Shown piece by piece: positions 57,131-64,000 of a stretch of 64,000 nt of DNA. A model generated the notes under the pieces. That model was not told where the DNA came from. It searched no databases and saw nothing but the letters and a program-made list of their open reading frames with translations. The translations under genes and the position numbers were made by a program. The stretch lies in NCBI RefSeq assembly GCF_009914755.1, contig NC_060928.1; one strand, given 5' to 3'. Source of the stretch: the human T2T-CHM13v2.0 reference genome, Homo sapiens. How positions within the stretch are numbered: the first letter of the stretch is position 1; every line of letters starts with the position of its first letter.

Positions 57131-58239
57131 TATGAGCCAGAAGGGAGATGAGAGATCAGGAGTTGGGGGAGGGAGAGGCTGAGGGATGTAGGGCCTGGCA
57201 AGTGGGGCCCCAGGATGTAGGGCTTAGGAGGGAATTGTGAAAGGTGGGGAGGAGATTGACTGATTGACTCAACTACCCAGGGATCTAACCAAGTAGTAGA
57301 CCTCATTTCAGTAATGTTGGAGGCATTATTGTTAAACGTACTGAGTATCATTTCTCTCATCCTGAAAAACACAGTGAATCTGTGCGATGCACTGAAAGAA
57401 CCCTCAAACTTATCCATATGATAACCCCTTGAGGATACAAGACATGAAAACCCCTATTTCCCTCTTCTGTCCCCTTCTCTGCTTCCCTCTGGCCCCACAA
57501 ATCAAAGAGCAGCTGACTCAAGTATATGTAAGGGACGGTTCAGAGAGGTTAGGCAGGCTGCTAGCAGCTGTGTGCAGCCTGGGTGGGGGTGGGAACAGGG
57601 GCAGTTGTGAGCGCTACATTTGGGAGGGCCTCAAACATTTGCTCCCCCTGGATTATTCTGACAAGTCTAAACTTTTACACTGAGGTACACAGCACCAAGA
57701 CAGCTACTATCCAGTTTATAGCATCACAGTTACAGTGGGAACCTGACTATGCTGGGAAGGGCTTTAGTGCTGGATCCACATAACATTTGATACCTCCCTC
57801 TGGATCAGAAAGCCCCAAAGTCAATGTCCAGGATCCAAGTATTTTCCAACTGGCTTCACAGCCGACAGCTGGGTCCAGCCATCAGAGGTTCAACCAGACT
57901 GTGTGCAGCTGACAGTTAGACCATAGAACAGTTAACCTTCAGGTGAGAAATGGAGTTGTTACTGAACGTAGAGGAAGTAGTTTTCACAGTTTATGGTGAA
58001 AATAATTTCTGAGTCTATGGCTATGTAGTCCATCCCAAGTGATCTATGCCTCCTCTCAGTCAGCAAGTGCTGAAATGAAAATATTGCATAGGAATTGTCA
58101 GAAGCATAACTGCCCTTGGAGAAAGAGATTTCAGAATACATCATGACAGTGCCCTGTTCTATGAGGAGCCCACAGAACAAAAAGGACCTTCATGGTTTTC
58201 TAGTCTAACTGCTTACTATACTCAGGAGGACACCAAGGA

Positions 58240-58335
58240 CTGCACAGGTTAAGGGACTTGTGTAAGATAATATCCAGCAATTTGGTGGCAGAACTGTGAC
58301 TAGAACCCAGATGTTCTATTTTTCATCTTGTGTTA
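58240..58335 (-). mobile_element. MIR fragment
   Basis: aggttaagggacttgtgtaag...gtggcagaactgtgactagaacccagat. Confidence 0.6.
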
Positions 58336-59824
58336 TTTCCTCTTAGGGCTCATAAATATACAATCATATTTTAAATAGAAATAGATTGCCTTTGAATATT
58401 TCCAATGAGTAGTCGAAGGAATGTCAATATATAAAGGGAATATTTAATAAGCAATAAGAATTAGAAGAACTAAAAATTATCCAGCATCTAGCCTAATATA
58501 TGGACAATAAATACTTGTTAAATGAAATGAATGGTGTGAAATCATTAGCATTCTTTTTAGGAGGTTCCTGTTATAAATAACCACAAAATAACTTACCTTA
58601 GTGAAGGATGCAGGGCTCACAACTTATAAGATGCCGTTTTGGAAGGATGTTTTTCTTTTATAATTAAAACCAATGAAAAATTCACTAAACAATGAAATGC
58701 TAAAGATATAGGGTGCTCAAGAGATTAATAGATGCAAACCATGTGTAACTACTTAAGAAAGTACACTCTCAGCAAATGTGAAGCTCCTCTCTTGTCCTGC
58801 AGAGTGAAGCAAGTCTTATTTTCCAGGTGTCTTTATTTTGGATTTTCTCCCAAAGTAAAAATCACTCTTCACTGTAAAATTCAATGGCATAGAATACAAA
58901 GCCAGGATTTCATAGAAACACTAGGTTATTTGAGGAGAATTACCCTTCCCCAGCACATCACCTTTAAATAGGTCTTTTCATCAAATATTGTCACCAGTAA
59001 AATGAAGCAGGGGTCAGTGTTCCTCCTGGAAGTTGAATTAGCATGGAAAGGTTGAATGAACCAGATTATATGTCACATTTTTCAGATAAATAGATTCTCT
59101 GGAGACTAAAGAGTGGTAAAGATTTAATAGGATTCTCAATGAATCTCTCAGGTCTCATTTTATTCTGACCAGGAATCTCATGCAAAAGTTCATCAGATCA
59201 ACTCATTTCTCAGCTGTATTTGTGTCTTAAGACCTTTGTTCTTGTTTGGCAAATCTGTGTGAAATGATATATCTATGGTTCCAGGTCACCTCAACATTTA
59301 GGCTGCTGTTCTGCTTACAGCTTCCCAAATGTCTCCTTCTCCCAGAGGCTACATCACCCTGGCCCTTTGACATATTGGAAGGACAGAGATTTTGCAAAAC
59401 AGCTCTTCGAGTATCTCTATTTTGGGTTATAAATTCCTAAGCGAACATAGAAGGCCAAGGATTTCCCTTTACAATTGCTCACTGTATTAGCACAAGCCAA
59501 AATAATGCTTACCAGGGTCATTTTTGGCTACTCTTTATGAATGAAAATTCCATCCCATTAAACTTTTTACTACTTAAAAAATATTTATTAAGGTAGTTCA
59601 GAAGAAACTAAGTTGGCTGCTATATTAAACAGAGCATAACAATTTTAATTTTCTGATAAAAAATTAAAGATTCTTCAGGAAATGTTGTAATATTTTGGTA
59701 ATAGGTAGTTCTTATATTAAATGATCCTAAAAGAACATGTCTTAAAGCATATTAATGTTCTAGATTTTTAAAGCTATACCTTTTGTTCATCTAGTACACA
59801 AAATAAACTTTACCAAAACTTTTC

Positions 59825-59990
59825 CATGCATTATCCCATTTAAACTTATAACCTTTTGAGAAAGGTTATGATTACATGCAGATTAAAAGTAAGAAATGTG
59901 TCTCAGAAAGTTAAGATACTTATCTCAAGACACACAGCTAGGAAGAAACAGGCTAGGACTTATATTTAATTCAAGTGTTTAAGACATTGA
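59825..59990 (-). mobile_element. MIR fragment
   Basis: catgcattatcccatttaa...ctcagaaagttaag...caagacacacagctagga. Confidence 0.65.
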
Positions 59991-60753
59991 AACCATTTTA
60001 AAACATAGTTTCTAGCATATTGTCTCTTACATGGTTAATCTCTAAGCAACATTCTTAAGCTTTTTTGGGTTCACTTCAGAAGGAAAAGACCTATCTATCA
60101 AATTTTATAGGCCTGGAAATATATGTTTCTATAAAAATTGTATTTATAGACTTGTAGCCTGAGATCAAAAGATAAACTTGAAAGTAATGTATCTTTGCCA
60201 TTTAATCAGATTGCTTTTAAAGCACCTAAATGATAGAAATTGAAAAGATTGTGCATCTTATGTGTGTCAACCCTGTTATTGACCAATAATTCTACTTAAC
60301 TAACTTAAACTCTTTGTTGTAATTTAGAACAATTCACTTGTGGAGAAAGATTTTGCTTACTTAGCTCTAGAATTTATTAAAAAAACTTTGTTAAATATCT
60401 CTAAAGCTGTTCTTTAGGTTATTGATCTTTAACTTGTTTCTAACACTTGAAATTTAATTAAATATGGTTCCCAAAGAAGTAAAATATCATGTTTTCACAT
60501 AATTCTAAAACTTTAGACCTTACTCAATATTAAAGTAGTTCAAAAAGTACTGAATATAATAAAAGCATTGTTTTGTAGATAAGGTTGGGAACATGTTTAA
60601 AAATCACAATTTAAAACTATTATATTAGTCAATCCACTGTTTACAACTATACTGTTCCATCTTTTTGCTATTGCCATTTTCTCAAATCTTCTCCATCTGG
60701 CAAGCATCTTTCTTTCCCAGTTACTCATTCTCTGAATTGTTATTGGTGTACAG

Positions 60754-60954
60754 CAGTGGTTCTCAAATTTTATAGCAAGTTTCAGAATCACCTGGAGGCC
60801 TTTATAAAATATAAGTTGCTTGGCTCCATCTCTGGAGTTTCTAATTCAATAGGTCTGGAGGAGACCCAAGAATTTGCATTTTGAGTCAGTTTCCTGATGA
60901 TGGTGGTGGTGATGTTTATGCTGCAGGTCCAGTGCTTACCCTTTGAGACCACCT
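60754..60954. mobile_element. MER5A (hAT-Charlie)
   Basis: cagtggttctcaaa...cagaatcacctggag...taggtctgg...ccaagaatttgcattt...ctttgagaccac. Confidence 0.85.
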
Positions 60955-63900
60955 ATTCTCCGTGATTCTGGTTATTTCCAATTCTTCAGTTTGCCTTGTA
61001 CATTGAAAAGACAGAAATTTTGTATAACAATCCTTTTCTCTCAGTTTCCACTGTCCAAGCTAATGAAGTTTTCAATCATCTGATGTTTGCCTACAGTCAA
61101 GATCATGACCTAGTAGAGCTGTAATTGTTATTCACAGAGGAATAAAATTTTCCCATAGGCCATTTATAATATAAACTATAATATCATTCCTCCTCCCAAG
61201 GCTTGTGCCCTGCCTTTGGAGACCAAGAAAGACATGGATGAACAGCTCATTATTATCTGAAGAATAGTTTCTAAACAAAATAAAATGAGATAGCCAGTAA
61301 TATATGGGATTTTTGTACCCTGCATGACTTTTACCTCAGTACATTCAGAGATTTGTGAAGAATTACTTCTCGTTTCATCTATGACCTGACAAGATGTTAT
61401 GCATACAGACAGCTGTTGGAATCATTGAAGTGAACCTTTTTTGTTGTCCACACTTATAATAATTTAGCCTCTTTGAAAATAAAGTGATAATTTCAAGCCA
61501 TTAGGCTACCCATTGAAGCAATACTAAAAGGCAAATCAGGCTTGGACTGGCCTTGGTGGAGCTGGAGTTAGTCTTAATGTAATACCTAAAAACCTACATA
61601 TGTTTTCTTTGGTTGTAGCAAGCCATTGATTTTTGTTTTAAAAAGACTCTAGGATTCTGAATTTACATGGTTTCTTTTAATTTTACAAAACAGAGTTTAT
61701 GTAAAGAGTATTTTATTTGATTCTATTAACTGAGCATCAATTGTATGACAGATAATAAAGTCAATGCTTAAAGGACATGTGGCCCCTGCCCTCTGAGAAC
61801 TTACATAAAATGTATACACGGAAGGGTGACATTAGATATTTTTCTACATAATTGGAGCTACCTAGGGAAAGTGTATTTCATCACACTCTACAGAAGATTT
61901 TTTGGCTGAGGCACTTTCGTAAGGGATTAACCTTCAGATGCATTCTCGTTCCCTCACCAGCTGTGTGTTTCTTCTTGCAAATACTCCCAAATAATTCACT
62001 TCTTTATATAGTAAAATAACTTCATTGCAGTACAGAATCATTTCTTTGTCCCAAGGACGGATTTTTCTATGAAACACCTAGTCACAAGAGGTTAATATCT
62101 GTGTTTCTCTGTTGATGGTCAGAGCCCTGTGAAAGAGGCAAATAGGGAATGCAATGCAGGACAGGCAGTAGTCTTGATAAAAATGAATAAATAAAAGCAC
62201 ACACAAAACAATTCCTTTTTCCAGCCTTTACATTTGCTAAATTGTCAGCTGTATTCTCCATATACTAGTCTTTAACTCATTAATCTTCAAACACATTAAT
62301 TACCACTGCTTTGGCTGACTCCTTGGGATATTTACACACTGTAAACAGTTCTGGTATTCTTGGCAAATCCACACTGTCAAGGACCCCTTGGGGTCAAGTG
62401 CATTGCTTTTCCTTACCAAAGAATTTATTCTTTTGAAAAACATGAACATGACCATTTCCCTTATGTTATTTTCTTGTGTATGACAAAAATAAAGATACAT
62501 ACCTCTTGGGGAAAATTAATTGAAGTATCTTCCGTCCATTCAGCATTCTATGATAGGCAAGATATGGGCCTCTTTTTTATACCAACAAGAGAGACTTATT
62601 ATCTCTCAGGAAGAAAAACCCTTTGGATTTAGTTATTCCTCTAATTAATATTGCATCTGCAAGGCACATGTCTACATTTTGCCACCATTGCAAGCACTTC
62701 AGTCCTCAACATATCGAAAACAACTCTACCACCTCTGGCTATATTGAGGAGGTTTCTTCCATGTCAAGGCATCTAAAGCTCATCTTGTATACTTATGGGC
62801 AAGCAGCCTGAAAGTAGAAGTGCAGGGGATGATAACATGGTCCATATTTGTTAACAGAAACCTCCTTCTGGTGAATGAGAGAAGCCTGATCCCATGGAAG
62901 TATGGTTTCAATTTTTCATTGAAATTACAATCAAACAAATTGCCAGCACACATTTTTCTCTGTCAGATGTTTCCCTTATGACAGATTTGGAGTACCTTGG
63001 GCCAGCTTATAAACCTTGTCCTCTGCCAGTGTTGCTACAGACTCTTCTCTTTGTTTTCAAATAAATTTCACTTTTTTCTCCAACTGGTGGATACATTGGA
63101 TACACAGTAGTACCTGACAGGAAAATGTCTCTTCAACATGCACTTTTTGCAGGACTCTGATGGAAAGGATGACACATTACTGGCTCTTCTTTAGCTCTCT
63201 GTGGGGAACTCAGTATGACAAAAATCACAAAAACCAACAGCCTGTAATTTCCTGATTTTCTCGCACATATTAAAATTGTATTTATCAAGGTTGACTCTTG
63301 GCTGCCAGTTGAACTAGCTCTCCTGGAAGGAATGGCTTTTAGAGCGTTGCTTTGGGACCAAGGGATCCTAAGAACACTGTTGGACAAAGTAGTCTTGGGA
63401 ATGATTGCACTGTTTTCAGACTCATGAAACCACAAGCTTCTCAGGAGAACTGAGCCCAAGTTGAAAATCATTCACCTCCTTTTCTTTCAGCAAGCACTGT
63501 CCGAGGGAACAAGCAAAGGATAATAGAGACCAGTTGTTTTGATCTCTGGTCCCACTACTATATCCCTAATGGGTGAGAATCTACATCAAACAAACTATAA
63601 TGACCCTGGGAATTGACCATATTTTTGTTTTCAGCCCATCTCCAAGCAAAGGTGTGATGGAATTGATTTGGTGTAAAGCTTTGGCCATGTGAATGTGTTG
63701 GCAACTGCCAAATGTTACCATCTGGACCAAATCGTTTCTTTCTGTATCTTTGCAGGTGTTATTTTCCAAGGTGACTGCTTCTACTTTCATTAGAGAGGAG
63801 TTGGGTTCTAAAAACAGAAATAGTTTAACGACCATTAAATTTTTATTTTACTACAGGAGAATCGTTCTATTTAAGTACTTAATACTGCATAAAAAAGACC

Positions 63901-64000
63901 CATAAGAAGAGAAAGAAGTGAGATACAAGGTAATATGCTTTTGTGAAGGAAACACTAGAAAGGGAGTAACAAGGCCTGGACTCAGTCTGGGCTTTGCTCC

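Noticed and set aside
57165-57193. G-quadruplex candidate
   Set aside because: One 9-nt loop, no promoter context; such motifs are common.
63133-63471. 112-aa minus-strand ORF in unique DNA
   Set aside because: No recognisable domain or convincing exon boundaries; length within chance expectation.

Overview
Primate (almost certainly human) genomic DNA, AT-rich and repeat-dense; no prokaryotic-type system, CRISPR array, rRNA or tRNA is present. The left end holds the 5' part of GIMD1 (GIMAP/AIG1-type P-loop GTPase, minus strand): a 131-codon coding exon (117-509), a probable non-coding first exon ending at 1784, and a promoter region with TATA, CDX2, HNF1/HNF4/GATA-like motifs and a CTCF-like motif. 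The remaining ~62 kb is upstream intergenic DNA built from Alus, MIRs, L2, old L1M, a full-length defective L1PA3/PA4 (35512-41667, 15-bp TSD), solo LTRs (MER52, MSTA, LTR30-like, LTR7, MER21, MLT1/MLT2) and DNA transposons (Tigger3a, MADE1, MER20, MER5A). The signals not explained by simple repeat annotation are rearrangement scars: (1) a ~99.6% identical 507-bp inverted duplication (31831-32337 copying 29184-29755) with a perfected hairpin at one junction, iterative templated repeats at the other and a 65-bp internal skip; (2) a MER52 LTR folded back so that both ends are the same LTR end (~238-bp terminal inverted repeats, 20-bp flanking duplication); (3) a 228-bp foreign patch inside an L1; (4) an intact, extended L1 ORF0 open through a consensus splice donor next to a cluster of LTR promoters. 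Repeat family names are recognised from memory of consensus sequences, not from a search; boundaries without TSD evidence are approximate.
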